From IMG/VR virus record IMGVR_UViG_3300033121_001895, positions 38,912 through 102,911 of that record: DNA of 64,000 nt. One strand, 5' to 3'. The number at the start of each line of letters is the position of its first letter. The first letter of the stretch is position 1. Positions 36,872 through 46,216 of the stretch are shown piece after piece. The position numbers and the translations under genes are program-made. The notes beneath the pieces are model-generated. The model was not told the DNA's origin. It saw nothing but the letters and a program-made list of their open reading frames with translations, and ran no database searches. The stretch is from a virus. Its lineage: Duplodnaviria; Caudoviricetes.

Positions 36872-39345
36872 TATGGGACAACCAAGGTGAGTGTTACTCC
36901 GTTCAGCGGGAACGGCAGATCGACCGTCACTACAGCCACCATCTTATCTTTGAAGACAGGGCTCTTGCCGATCGACACGATAGAGAAACCAAGCAGCTGT
37001 GCGCCAGCGGCTGAGTTGCTCGACTCAGACATCTGGAGGCTCAGCTGGCGTCGAATTGCAGTTTCGACCAACAAGAGTGTACCGTTGTTCAGGTTGTAAC
37101 GGCCAATGTAAGGTGACAGCGCGCGCTGCAGTGCATAGCTGATGCTGTCGAGATTTGTGGTGATCGAATCCTCAGAGTACTTCGGATCGTCACCGACATC
37201 ATTGTAGCCCAGCGTGGTGAGCTGATGACGTACGTAAGGTACGCCTCCAGCTACGTCCTGTGTAACAATCCAGTAGCCATAGGCCGCCAGGTTGTTCAAC
37301 TGTGTCGGGGTGAAGGTCACCAACGTTGTCGTGAAGTCATCGAACCCGAGGATCTCAGAATTGGTCAACGGGGCATGAGGGAGAGAACCGGCGCGCAAAC
37401 CTGCGAGTGCAGCAGCCACGAAATACCCGGCCTTGTCGACACCGGCCGTTTTTGCGATGTGCGGGAATACCGCATTCACACGACGACTGTTACCCGTGGC
37501 GGCACCAAGAGCAGCAACCTGCTCATCATTGGTGTACGAACGGAGAATTTGGATCGCACGAGTACCTGATCCGGTGACGGCCGTGGAAGTCACAAGCTCA
37601 TTTTGTGAGCGAACGGCAGAAATAGTGTAGTCCGCATAAGCACTGGTCGTCGTACCATCAGCGAATACACGCAAGGTGTCACCTGCGCGAACGGCGTTCG
37701 AGATCAGTGACGGGTCGTTGCTGCCACTTGCAGGAGCAATGGTTACAAAGACACCAGCAGTATTTGTCTCTGGGTCAGCAGTCGACGTACCGGTCGTCCA
37801 GTTAATTCCAGAGGCAGCGCGGTCATAACCGGCCAATACACCAAAAGTAACCGGCTGCAGACAGATCCAGGCTTTACGCCACTTGGCTTCCGCCGCAGTG
37901 CTCATCGTCTCAACATGCGATTTAACGGCGGTAATGACAGTCGTATCAAAAGTCAAAGGGACGAGACCATAAATCGTGTCAAGGCGCTTGGCTTGCTCGA
38001 GCACGGCATTATACCCTGCCAGATCATCCGTGGGTACAGCCATGTAATACACATTCGTACCTGAAGCGTTCAACAAGGCGTCGTACACGCCTTCAGCTAG
38101 CGGGTTCTCAGGGCTTACCACTCCAAGGGTCGCTTCAACCAGCGACGGGTCGTTCAAGGACTGAATTGAGCTGGCGTTGTCAGTACGCAGCACACGGTAC
38201 GAAACGTACACGCGGGCTGGCACATAAGAGGCCGCACCAGAAGCCGGCAGACCGATTGTCAATGCGACTGGGGTGTTACCTGCGTCCACAAGCGCGGAAT
38301 CGTACAGCTTGGAAACATTGTTTGCGGCTGCGGCAGCGTTTACACCCACCGTGGTCGTCGTAGTACCAGACAGGATAAACCCACTAGGCATCACTGTGGA
38401 CTTACGGAGATACAAGTTGATGGCTGGGGCCAGGGTGGAGCCTGGGTTAAGCAGCGTTGTTGACGTTCCACCGTTGGTACGGGAAACGTCGAAAATACGT
38501 TGTGCGGTCTGAAGGATGTTGTACTGCCCATTTGCGTCAGCCTGCACGGCAGTGATCTGTGCAAATACTGTGACGATAGGCGCAGCTGAATCCGAGCCAC
38601 CACCGTTTGAGCGACCTGTCACTGCCACCCAATCGCCAACTTGCACGTCGCGGGCAGAGAAGTAAGTCGAACGGGTATAAACAGCACCAGTCACAGGGTT
38701 TACACCAGGAGCAAAGTTCAAGCTCGTGGCCTTCACTTGATTGGCATAATAACGACCAGCCACCGAAGACTGAATCGCAGTGGCCGAATGCGGGGTTGCG
38801 TACTTCCAGGCAGCGCCAGAAATTGCGACAGCGGCATTGGCAGTCAATGTGGCAGCAGTGTCACTGGTCACAGTTGCGACTGTACCAACGAACGTACCAG
38901 AGTTATCATACACAGAACTTCCGATCGACAACACCGTTTGAAAGTTTGTTCCGACACCAGTTACGTTTGGAGAGTTGGTGGCAACGGTAATGGTGCTAGC
39001 ACCTGCCACCGGAGTCAACGTGCCCTTTACCAGAAAGGTCGGGGAGAAGTACAGGGCAAAGGCATCTTCCACATAAGCGGTCAAATGCGCCCAAGTACCG
39101 TCAGTGTTCTTGGAGTTGTCAACGACGCTACCTGCGTGGCTGGCGATCCAGGGATAGCCTGTCAGGGCGATACCAGCAGAAGCGTCATAGTTGCCCAGGA
39201 AGGTCCAGCTCTTTTCGCTCGCCTCGGTGTAGCGTAGTGGTCGGTAGTTCGGACCGAAAATGAATGCGGCCAACGGGTTGTTGGCGAAAATCGGAGCGGC
39301 GGTGAAAGCTTGCTCAATTAGTACTCGTGGGACGGTGTATGCCAT
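36871..39345 (-). CDS. contractile tail sheath protein
   Basis: MAYTVPRVLIEQ start; NPLAEG, YGLVPLT, AAALAGLR..PHAPLTN, VRHQLTT, FPLNGVTLTL. Confidence 0.88.
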   Translation of the reverse strand: MAYTVPRVLIEQAFTAAPIFANNPLAAFIFGPNYRPLRYTEASEKSWTFLGNYDASAGIALTGYPWIASHAGSVVDNSKNTDGTWAHLTAYVEDAFALYFSPTFLVKGTLTPVAGASTITVATNSPNVTGVGTNFQTVLSIGSSVYDNSGTFVGTVATVTSDTAATLTANAAVAISGAAWKYATPHSATAIQSSVAGRYYANQVKATSLNFAPGVNPVTGAVYTRSTYFSARDVQVGDWVAVTGRSNGGGSDSAAPIVTVFAQITAVQADANGQYNILQTAQRIFDVSRTNGGTSTTLLNPGSTLAPAINLYLRKSTVMPSGFILSGTTTTTVGVNAAAAANNVSKLYDSALVDAGNTPVALTIGLPASGAASYVPARVYVSYRVLRTDNASSIQSLNDPSLVEATLGVVSPENPLAEGVYDALLNASGTNVYYMAVPTDDLAGYNAVLEQAKRLDTIYGLVPLTFDTTVITAVKSHVETMSTAAEAKWRKAWICLQPVTFGVLAGYDRAASGINWTTGTSTADPETNTAGVFVTIAPASGSNDPSLISNAVRAGDTLRVFADGTTTSAYADYTISAVRSQNELVTSTAVTGSGTRAIQILRSYTNDEQVAALGAATGNSRRVNAVFPHIAKTAGVDKAGYFVAAALAGLRAGSLPHAPLTNSEILGFDDFTTTLVTFTPTQLNNLAAYGYWIVTQDVAGGVPYVRHQLTTLGYNDVGDDPKYSEDSITTNLDSISYALQRALSPYIGRYNLNNGTLLLVETAIRRQLSLQMSESSNSAAGAQLLGFSIVSIGKSPVFKDKMVAVVTVDLPFPLNGVTLTLVVP

Positions 39346-39381
39346 AAAGTTTGTCTCCTGCTGTCTTCTGGTTCTTATTCA

Positions 39382-39410
39382 ATTGTATGAAATCCATTTT
39401 CGTAAGGCAA
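39382..39410 (-). promoter_or_regulatory. sigma70-like promoter for the sheath operon
   Basis: TTGCCT-N17-TACAAT; the leader carries AGGAG. Confidence 0.65.
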
Positions 39411-39417
39411 CGCTTTT

Positions 39418-40077
39418 CTAGGCCAGCCGGAGTTGCGTATCAAGCGCGTCAAATATTGCCATACTTACGGTTTTCAGCTTAAGGTCGTCGCGGCGGAGTA
39501 TCCAGCCTTCGTCATAGACCACTTCTATTGATAAGTTTACGACGAAATACTCTTTAGCTTCAACATAAATCTGCGGTTTAGATACCTCTCGTAGACGGAA
39601 CCGACGAAATCTAAAGTCCCTTTGTATCTCCTGCTGGAAGCTGATGAACGCCTGCTTCGTGTAATCCGCCAATAGCTCAACCATCATAATGGGAGAGGCA
39701 ATAACAGCTACATTGATGGGCACGGTGTTGAGCAACAACCTCGCCGCAGTTGAGTCGGCAATGGAGCCGCCTTCGACCGTATGCCCCATAGTCTTCCCGC
39801 CAATATCACAGTCTCCACGGGAAATGAAAATTGAGGGGCGCTTATTTGCTGCGGCGGCGTTGTAGTTGTAAGCAATATCCACGTAGATACCTGACTTCAG
39901 CTTGTCTGGGTCATAGGTGATAGGTAGTGGATAGCCCAAAGACTCCGGAGTATTTCTGGTGAAAAAGCCTGTGATTAGCTCGTAAATGATCCCTTGCACA
40001 ATCCACGGACTCATAGAGACCAACGGAGTGGCTGCGGCACATGCCTGCTGTTGTTCAACTGCCAGGATATCGTTCAT
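39418..40077 (-). CDS. tail terminator/completion protein
   Basis: KRPSIFISRG motif; lies between neck and sheath genes. Confidence 0.6.
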   Translation of the reverse strand: MNDILAVEQQQACAAATPLVSMSPWIVQGIIYELITGFFTRNTPESLGYPLPITYDPDKLKSGIYVDIAYNYNAAAANKRPSIFISRGDCDIGGKTMGHTVEGGSIADSTAARLLLNTVPINVAVIASPIMMVELLADYTKQAFISFQQEIQRDFRFRRFRLREVSKPQIYVEAKEYFVVNLSIEVVYDEGWILRRDDLKLKTVSMAIFDALDTQLRLA

Positions 40078-40877
40078 GGCTCTAATGGGATTTCAATCTT
40101 GTAGATTGGGTCAGTCGGAGGAAGCAGGATACACTCACAGTTCTGCAGCAAGATCATATCCGTTCCTGGCATGAAAGTAGTGTTCACTTTGACGTAGCGA
40201 TACCGTTGGTTTGAGTCAGACACCAGGATATCGTTTGGTTCCAGCACCGGGAAGCCAACATAGCGATGGCGTTGTGTTTCCTGGGTACTAGTGCCAAAGC
40301 CCTGCTCGCTTAGCTGCGCTGAGTTTTCGACAGCCTCACGGCTGTAAGTGACTTTCAATGGAGGGTAGTATCCGCCTACAAATCCTGTTCCGAAGTCAAC
40401 CGAGCGATCGGTCAACGGAACACCTGTAATAGGGTCCAGGAGAGTTGGATCTTGCACACCGTAGTTCCGGCGCTTCAACACCCAGCCTTTTTGTCCAGTG
40501 TACCGATATCGAACAAACTCCCTACGGGTGATCTCCCTGGCAGTTAAAAAAGCATGACGAGTTGCGCTGTTGGCCCAATGACCGATCGCGGGAGAAGTGT
40601 ATATGTGAGCGCTACCGGTCTCTAGCCGAACACGGTAATAAAAATCAGCCATTGCCCCCTGTCGCAGCTTTTTATCGTCCACGACGTAAAAACTCTCACC
40701 GGCAGGCAAGCTGTAAAGGATCTCGCTGAAGTCTGGAGTTTCCGTGACTTGCACGGTAAATTTGAACGGACCAATATCTTGAAAGGCGGCGTCAAGCTGC
40801 CATTGCACGGCAACCTCCAAAGGACGGTATGTCTGCACCATCTTTACCGACACAAAAGGGAAGGTACTATCTTGCAT
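40074..40877 (-). CDS. neck / head-closure protein with N-terminal Fn3-like domain (start revised to MQDSTF)
   Basis: VQWQ...YYRVRL, GTGFVGGYYPP, PVLEPNDILV...RY. Confidence 0.62.
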   Translation of the reverse strand: MQDSTFPFVSVKMVQTYRPLEVAVQWQLDAAFQDIGPFKFTVQVTETPDFSEILYSLPAGESFYVVDDKKLRQGAMADFYYRVRLETGSAHIYTSPAIGHWANSATRHAFLTAREITRREFVRYRYTGQKGWVLKRRNYGVQDPTLLDPITGVPLTDRSVDFGTGFVGGYYPPLKVTYSREAVENSAQLSEQGFGTSTQETQRHRYVGFPVLEPNDILVSDSNQRYRYVKVNTTFMPGTDMILLQNCECILLPPTDPIYKIEIPLEP

Positions 40878-41049
40878 GACGGAGCATTCTTTCAAGGTCG
40901 GAAATACCGACGTTTGCCACTGACATCCATTTCTGTAACCGTGGGTTCTTACTCACCAACTTCTGTAGTTCTTGTTGAGTCGCTGCCGGTGTCTTTGGTG
41001 CTGCCCGGGCGATGGCAGCCTTGATTGCCCCGCTTTTAATTCGAAGCAT
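40867..41049 (-). CDS. small basic protein
   Basis: GGGAG upstream of ATG 41049; 60 aa. Confidence 0.5.
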   Translation of the reverse strand: MLRIKSGAIKAAIARAAPKTPAATQQELQKLVSKNPRLQKWMSVANVGISDLERMLRHAR

Positions 41050-41080
41050 AAGCACTCCCACTTGTTGAGGTGTAAACTGA

Positions 41081-41527
41081 TTAGTAGTTCGGTCCCCAGC
41101 CATACTCAGAGCCTGTTGAACCAAGTAGCGCATTCACGTTCTGGCTGATTTTAATCTGCTTGGTCATGTCTATGAATTCTTTCCAAAGGCTGTTACCTAG
41201 CTCTGTAAAAATCTGCGCACGATCGCGGTCAGCCACTTGAACGCCTTCGGCGGTGTAAGTTAACTGGTTGGATGCTTCGCTCACAGCTGCACCACGAAGA
41301 AGATACCCAGCCACGCCTATAATCAATAAGTAGCGGAAAGGGAAAGTTTCTACCGAGGAAACAAAACCGATGGGCGGCGGGATACTGTTGTAGGCATCAA
41401 CGACATCGACACAGGCCTTGTCAATATCCTCAGGCGACCAACGAACCCCTGAAATCAGGGTGTTGGCTTCCGGCTTATCCAACAAGAAACGGCGAATGTC
41501 GCCCTCTGTGATTTTCGCGGTGGCCAT
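41081..41527 (-). CDS. head-tail adaptor protein
   Basis: IRRFLLDKPEANTL, NSIPP, NQLTYTAEG; downstream of the capsid gene. Confidence 0.62.
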   Translation of the reverse strand: MATAKITEGDIRRFLLDKPEANTLISGVRWSPEDIDKACVDVVDAYNSIPPPIGFVSSVETFPFRYLLIIGVAGYLLRGAAVSEASNQLTYTAEGVQVADRDRAQIFTELGNSLWKEFIDMTKQIKISQNVNALLGSTGSEYGWGPNY

Positions 41528-41530
41528 ATA

Positions 41531-41869
41531 TTAGTGCCTCTGTCTTTGTTTCGCCTCGTCAGCTATAATTTTCCACAAACTTCTCGGGAGGTGCTCCACA
41601 CGTCCGGAATAGTCTTTAGGTACGCCATCGCCGAAGCTAATACCAGGAATTGGACCAGAAAAACCTACATTGAAATTGTCTGTTCCAATTGACGCCCCAA
41701 TGGACGGAACAGGCACTGTACCTAACAGATAGTCGTACCCAGCTTCTCCACGAAGACCGGCCTTTCGCTTAGTGACCCAAGACTGACCACCCCAAGCCGG
41801 GGCAACGGCAAAGGCGATTTTTTCTAAGATCGCCGAAGCATAACCATTCAAAAATGATTCTCGGTGCAT
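41531..41869 (-). CDS. small putative head cargo protein
   Basis: N-terminal SFLNGY...LEKIA module. Confidence 0.6.
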   Translation of the reverse strand: MHRESFLNGYASAILEKIAFAVAPAWGGQSWVTKRKAGLRGEAGYDYLLGTVPVPSIGASIGTDNFNVGFSGPIPGISFGDGVPKDYSGRVEHLPRSLWKIIADEAKQRQRH

Positions 41870-41875
41870 AGGAAT

Positions 41876-41904
41876 ATTCTAACAACAATCGGACCCAAAT
41901 ACAA
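41876..41904 (-). promoter_or_regulatory. sigma70-like promoter with extended -10, probably leaderless
   Basis: TTGTAT-N17-TAGAAT-N6-ATG, with TGn before the -10. Confidence 0.65.
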
Positions 41905-41934
41905 CAAAAAGGGACCAGCCTTTCGACTGGTCCC
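41903..41934 (-). terminator. intrinsic terminator after the major capsid gene
   Basis: GGGACCAGT-CGAAAG-GCTGGTCCC followed by TTTTTGTT. Confidence 0.85.
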
Positions 41935-41957
41935 CGATAACTGCGAACGAAGACTTC

Positions 41958-42920
41958 TTAGATGAAGTCAACGCGGCACGCACCACGGACGTTGCCGATG
42001 GACATACCGATGTTCATGTACTGGAAGAACTGCAGGAAGAACGCCTTGTTCTCCATGAACACAGTCAGCGGCTGCAGACGGAAGTACTTGCCGAAGAACT
42101 CTTCCGAGGAGAAGAAGTAAATCGTACCGTCAGGGATCAGATCGCGCTTGATGGTGAAGATGGTCTTCACACCAAGGATCGTCGGAGGAGGAGTACCTTC
42201 CGTGAACATCTTCTCGGAGAGGTCACCACCGGCTTCAGTGCGCTCGATCTTGAGCAGCTCCATGCCGGTGACGTTGTTGCAGAGCATGACACCGCGGGTG
42301 GCGTTGCCATCAGGCTGCATCGGACCAAATGGAACCTTGAGGCGAGTAATCACCTTGAAGGCATCCACCAGGTTTGCGCGGTTGATACCGCCAGAGATCG
42401 AGGCCCACTGAGGGAGGGACAGTGCGTTCAGGGCATTCGCAGTATCGCGAAGACCGATCACGCTGTTGACCTTCTCGATGAACTTCGTGTCAACTTCGGC
42501 AGCCAGGTCCTTCGTGCTGTTTTCCAGCAAGATGCCACGAATGTCGTAGGTGTAACCACGAAGCTTGTCGATGTCCTTCATGAACAGCGGCGAGGTCAGA
42601 CGGCTGAAGTACACCGGGTAACGAGTACCCTTGAACTGGTAGCCATCCGGCACGACGCCGAGAGGAATCGTCACGGCAGGTGCCTGATCGGGTTCACGAT
42701 CGCACCACTTCACATGAAACTCTGGGTCCTGAGTCTTGTCGAGCTCGTCGTTGGCGATGTCGATCGGGGTCAGGATCTTCTCTGCGAAGCTTTCTTCACG
42801 AAGCTTATTGCGCGTGAATTGCTGGGCAGAAACTGCGGCTTCCTTCTGGCGAGCATGCTCACCGGAGGCCATCTCAATGAAAGTGTCATTGAATACTTTA
42901 ACGTCAGCGATTTTTTCCAT
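41958..42920 (-). CDS. major capsid protein (HK97-like fold)
   Basis: LREESFAEKILTP, DLAAEVDTKF, ILGVKTIF...IPDGTIY, IGMSIGNVRG; strong codon bias, AAGGAG leader, downstream terminator, order protease-scaffold-decoration-capsid. Confidence 0.85.
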   Translation of the reverse strand: MEKIADVKVFNDTFIEMASGEHARQKEAAVSAQQFTRNKLREESFAEKILTPIDIANDELDKTQDPEFHVKWCDREPDQAPAVTIPLGVVPDGYQFKGTRYPVYFSRLTSPLFMKDIDKLRGYTYDIRGILLENSTKDLAAEVDTKFIEKVNSVIGLRDTANALNALSLPQWASISGGINRANLVDAFKVITRLKVPFGPMQPDGNATRGVMLCNNVTGMELLKIERTEAGGDLSEKMFTEGTPPPTILGVKTIFTIKRDLIPDGTIYFFSSEEFFGKYFRLQPLTVFMENKAFFLQFFQYMNIGMSIGNVRGACRVDFI

Positions 42921-42945
42921 AATTGTGTTACGCTCCTTTCATTGA

Positions 42946-43467
42946 TTAGCTGGCCAGCTTGATGCCAAGGAAGGCCTTGGTCGTCTGCTGATAGCTTGTG
43001 TTGGTCTTGGTTGCTCCGGCTACGTTTTGGTAGTTCTGCGAGAGCGAGGCCTCGACAGGGAGGGTACGAATACCTTCCACATAACCAATGACTTTGTCTC
43101 CAGCGGCCGCAGTCTTCACGGTACCGGCAGTGCCGTTACCAGTCAAAGCTGTACCCACAGGATAGTTACCGGCTGTAATAGCAGCGGCGGCTTGGTCGGT
43201 CTCGATGACCGAGTTACCGTCCAACTGGTAATAGCCGAGTTTTCCAGACTCGAGGACATCGCCGTCGGTCTGGGTTTGAATTGCGAACCCGATTAGGTCG
43301 CCGACGCCGAAAGTTCCAGAGGAACCGCTGACGCCCTTGATGATGTCGCCGTTGCTGTCAATGTGAACAAGCATGCCGGCTACAACTGCCTCACCGGCCT
43401 TCGCATTACCGATCTTGTCGGACTGCTGAAGGCTGTGGGCTGTACCCTTTTTGATGTTTAGTGCCAT
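42946..43467 (-). CDS. capsid decoration/cement protein
   Basis: Gly-rich beta protein (AGMLVHI, IETDQ..YPVGTALT, VIGYV) directly upstream of the capsid gene. Confidence 0.68.
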   Translation of the reverse strand: MALNIKKGTAHSLQQSDKIGNAKAGEAVVAGMLVHIDSNGDIIKGVSGSSGTFGVGDLIGFAIQTQTDGDVLESGKLGYYQLDGNSVIETDQAAAAITAGNYPVGTALTGNGTAGTVKTAAAGDKVIGYVEGIRTLPVEASLSQNYQNVAGATKTNTSYQQTTKAFLGIKLAS

Positions 43468-43499
43468 AAGCTGTTAAGCCTTTGTTTGAGTTTGAATTG

Positions 43500-43931
43500 T
43501 TACAGGTCGTCCAGAGTCGCTCCACTGAAGCTTCCTGTATAGTCAGCTCCAAACGCTCTGGCCTTGACAGGGTCAAACTCTTCTCCCTGCTTTTGTCTAA
43601 CAGCTACGCGCGCCGTAGTGCCGACCAAGGCAACATCAGCGGCATTGCATACTTTCACAATGACAGAAGACAGGTACGAGGGATCCTCGGCTGCCTTCCT
43701 CAAAAACTTCTTGCGTTCCGTTTCGTCGGTGATGAAATCGGCGTCATATAACGCATGAGCAGCTTTTTCAAGAGAGGAAGTATAAGCTTCTCTCCGGAAC
43801 GCTTCCGCTGCTGCCGTTTTCTTCATCTCCAACAACTGCTCTTGTCGCGTATCAAGTTGAGCAATTGCCACCTTGACAAACTGCGCAACCTTCGACAGAA
43901 ACAAATTAAGATCCGCTTGGGTCAGCTGCAT
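43500..43931 (-). CDS. head assembly/core protein
   Basis: 143 aa, helical, five KxA motifs. Confidence 0.65.
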   Translation of the reverse strand: MQLTQADLNLFLSKVAQFVKVAIAQLDTRQEQLLEMKKTAAAEAFRREAYTSSLEKAAHALYDADFITDETERKKFLRKAAEDPSYLSSVIVKVCNAADVALVGTTARVAVRQKQGEEFDPVKARAFGADYTGSFSGATLDDL

Positions 43932-44079
43932 GTTTTTTGAACGCTAGTAGTGACCGAAAGTAGTCGAACGTATCGTGCTGTTCGGCGCCTTTCAGTTGAG
44001 CCAAGGCATCCACTGCTTCTTTTCGAAGATCCTCCGAAATTGGCTGCTCTTTTGGAGCGTTGGATGCCTCGGCGCTCAT
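43906..44079 (-). CDS. small head-region protein (57 aa, absent from ORF track)
   Basis: MSAEASNAPKEQPISEDLRKEAVDALAQLKGAEQHDTFDYFRSLLAFKKHAADPSGS* fills the gap and contains KxA motifs. Confidence 0.55.
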   Translation of the reverse strand: MSAEASNAPKEQPISEDLRKEAVDALAQLKGAEQHDTFDYFRSLLAFKKHAADPSGS

Positions 44080-44088
44080 GTGCGGCTA

Positions 44089-45183
44089 TTACTTACCGCC
44101 GATAATCTCACTGCGAAGACGATCAGCGATACGTTGCTCAATCAATGAGGCCAAGGCCGCGAACTTCTGCTGCTCACGCTCTTCCGCTTCACGGCGATCA
44201 AGTTCAGCCTGCTTTGCAGCAAGGGCAGCCTTGTGTTCAGCTTCCTTAATCGAAGCGGCCTTCTCGAACTCAGCAATCTTAGCAGCCAGGGCTTCATTCT
44301 GAGCCAACACCTGACCAAGAGCTTGCTCGATCTGAGCTTCTTTGTACAGGTTCTGGAACGCTGCGGCACCTTCGGCCTCGGCGCGTTTCTCGGCCTCAGC
44401 TTCCGACGCCACCTTAGCGATAGGCTTACGCGAAGCCTGCTTCATCTGCTCTGCAGCGTGAGAGACAAGAAGCTCAAAGTCGCGGCGACCGGCTTCCTTT
44501 ACCTGCTCAAGCTGCTCTGCAGCGTGAGAGACAAGAAGCTCAAAGTCGCGGCGACCGGCTTCCTTTACCTGCTCAAGCTGCTCATCATAAGCCTTCTTGA
44601 GAACCAGCTCGCCCCATAGGCGGCCAAGCTCAAAAGAGGCCGTCTTGTCAGATTCGGCCTTTTGTTCCTCAGCCGATTTGGCGTGGGCGACAGGCACTGC
44701 AGAGTCTGTGGCCGGCTTCTGGCTGTGGGCCTGAGGGTTGTTGCTCTCAGGGCCAACGGCGTTCTGATTGACTGTGTCATGCTTCTCACTGACGGCCTTC
44801 CACTGCGGATCCTTGGAAGGAACGCCAGTGGCAACCGGGTTATTAGCGAACTTTTGAACGAGCTCCAAAATATCCTTTCCGAGCTTCTCTACGGAGACAT
44901 TAGCTTCGGATGCTGGTGCTGCTGGGGTTTCCTCAGCTTTCTTTGCCGCTCCACCGGTGGGCTTTGCCTCGTCAGTGGAAGGTTTCTGCTCGTGGTGCTG
45001 GGGTGTATTGGTCTCAGGACCGACAGCGTTCTGATTTACCTTGTCATGCTTTTCGCTGACAGCGCCGCTGTTGGGTTCCTTGCCTGGCACACCCGTAGCG
45101 GTTGGCTTCGGGGCACTTGCCTGCTTGGTTACCAAGTCCAGCAACTGTCCAAGGACTTCTTTGTTCTTTGCAGTTTTGGTCAT
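44089..45183 (-). CDS. prohead scaffold/core protein
   Basis: Ala/Glu/Lys coiled coil with more than 15 KxA motifs; GGAG leader; lies between protease and capsid genes. Confidence 0.75.
   Translation of the reverse strand: MTKTAKNKEVLGQLLDLVTKQASAPKPTATGVPGKEPNSGAVSEKHDKVNQNAVGPETNTPQHHEQKPSTDEAKPTGGAAKKAEETPAAPASEANVSVEKLGKDILELVQKFANNPVATGVPSKDPQWKAVSEKHDTVNQNAVGPESNNPQAHSQKPATDSAVPVAHAKSAEEQKAESDKTASFELGRLWGELVLKKAYDEQLEQVKEAGRRDFELLVSHAAEQLEQVKEAGRRDFELLVSHAAEQMKQASRKPIAKVASEAEAEKRAEAEGAAAFQNLYKEAQIEQALGQVLAQNEALAAKIAEFEKAASIKEAEHKAALAAKQAELDRREAEEREQQKFAALASLIEQRIADRLRSEIIGGK
44446..44583. repeat. perfect 66-bp in-frame tandem duplication
   Basis: 44446-44511 equals 44512-44577, plus a 6-bp CTGCTC remnant; encodes EQLEQVKEAGRRDFELLVSHAA twice. 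Confidence 0.95.
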
Positions 45184-45225
45184 ATAACTGATTCTCCGTT
45201 TAGTTGATGTTGTCCTAGCTTGGCA

Positions 45226-46134
45226 TTATGCCAGTCTCTTGAACATGTCCGGAGCAAAATGTCCGGCGCCTGCTCCTGCCCCGCCGCCAGCGAGGGCGCC
45301 GAGTAAAGCGTTTCGACCTACGTGACTCTCACTGGCTGAGGGGTCATTAGGGTCTTCCTCACCTGGGAGGCCTGAAAGTCCACCGACTCCTCCGCCGATC
45401 GCGGCACCAGAAAGGCCCATAGCAAGCTCAGGATTTGCAGTCATCCAGTCTTGGAGCTTTTCTATGAGGCCTCCGCCGCCGCTAAAACCTCCAGCCGCGC
45501 CGTATCCTGTTGCGCCTGCTACTCCAGCACCAGCTGCGATAGGAAGCACCTTTTTTGCACCGTCGACGAGAGCGTTCTTGGCTCCTGGGACGGCTCCCGC
45601 TAATCGTTGCCAAATTGAACCGGCTCCGGAGAGATCCTTAACACCGTTGGCTCCGGCAATAAAACGAGCAGCCCGAGGACCTATTGCACCAGCCATTCCT
45701 GGAATACCGCCGCCTCCAGCTGCAAACTTCTGAATGAGTTGTGCAGTCTGTTGCTGGTCCAAACCAAATGAAGCACCCTTTTCAAACATGCCCTCGAAGT
45801 AGGCAACCTTTTCCTGATCGACTTCGGATGCCGCTGCTTGCTTTTCCACTTTGATGGCAGGGAATGTAGCAGCAAGTGCGCTCTTGGTGACTTGAACGGC
45901 AGCTTCGACAGGCAGCCCACGATCAGCGGCTTGTCTCAAAAATCCTTCAGTGTAAGCCAGGCTTTCCGCAGTCTTCTCTACGTTTGCCTCAGCGATGACT
46001 GCAGCAAAAAAATCTGCCGGAGTCGGTGAAGCAAGCTTTGCCTCGAGTCCATTGGCTTCGATATATGAAGCGACCTGCTCCGGAGTTAATCCGGCGGCTG
46101 CAGCGCGCTTTTGAAATTCTTGAATTGGGTTCAT
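45226..46134 (-). CDS. putative internal head protein with glycine-zipper helices
   Basis: three N-terminal KxA-terminated modules; GxxxG hydrophobic segments in the C-terminal half. Confidence 0.72.
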   Translation of the reverse strand: MNPIQEFQKRAAAAGLTPEQVASYIEANGLEAKLASPTPADFFAAVIAEANVEKTAESLAYTEGFLRQAADRGLPVEAAVQVTKSALAATFPAIKVEKQAAASEVDQEKVAYFEGMFEKGASFGLDQQQTAQLIQKFAAGGGGIPGMAGAIGPRAARFIAGANGVKDLSGAGSIWQRLAGAVPGAKNALVDGAKKVLPIAAGAGVAGATGYGAAGGFSGGGGLIEKLQDWMTANPELAMGLSGAAIGGGVGGLSGLPGEEDPNDPSASESHVGRNALLGALAGGGAGAGAGHFAPDMFKRLA

Positions 46135-46172
46135 TTTACTCCTGACAGTTTTGCTTGTCGTTTATACCAATA

Positions 46173-46201
46173 ATCTTACGTACTTCCGGTTTCGATGTAA
46201 A
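46173..46201 (-). promoter_or_regulatory. sigma70-like promoter for the scaffold/capsid operon
   Basis: TTTACA-N17-TAAGAT; the leader carries AGGAG. Confidence 0.6.
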
Positions 46202-46216
46202 TAGAAAAATGCTATT

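Noticed and set aside
11668-40877. Bacterial contractile injection system (eCIS/T6SS/tailocin)
   Set aside because: Capsid, scaffold, protease and terminase genes are linked, indicating a complete phage
44446-44583. CRISPR array
   Set aside because: Two adjacent copies with no spacer, in frame inside a coding gene
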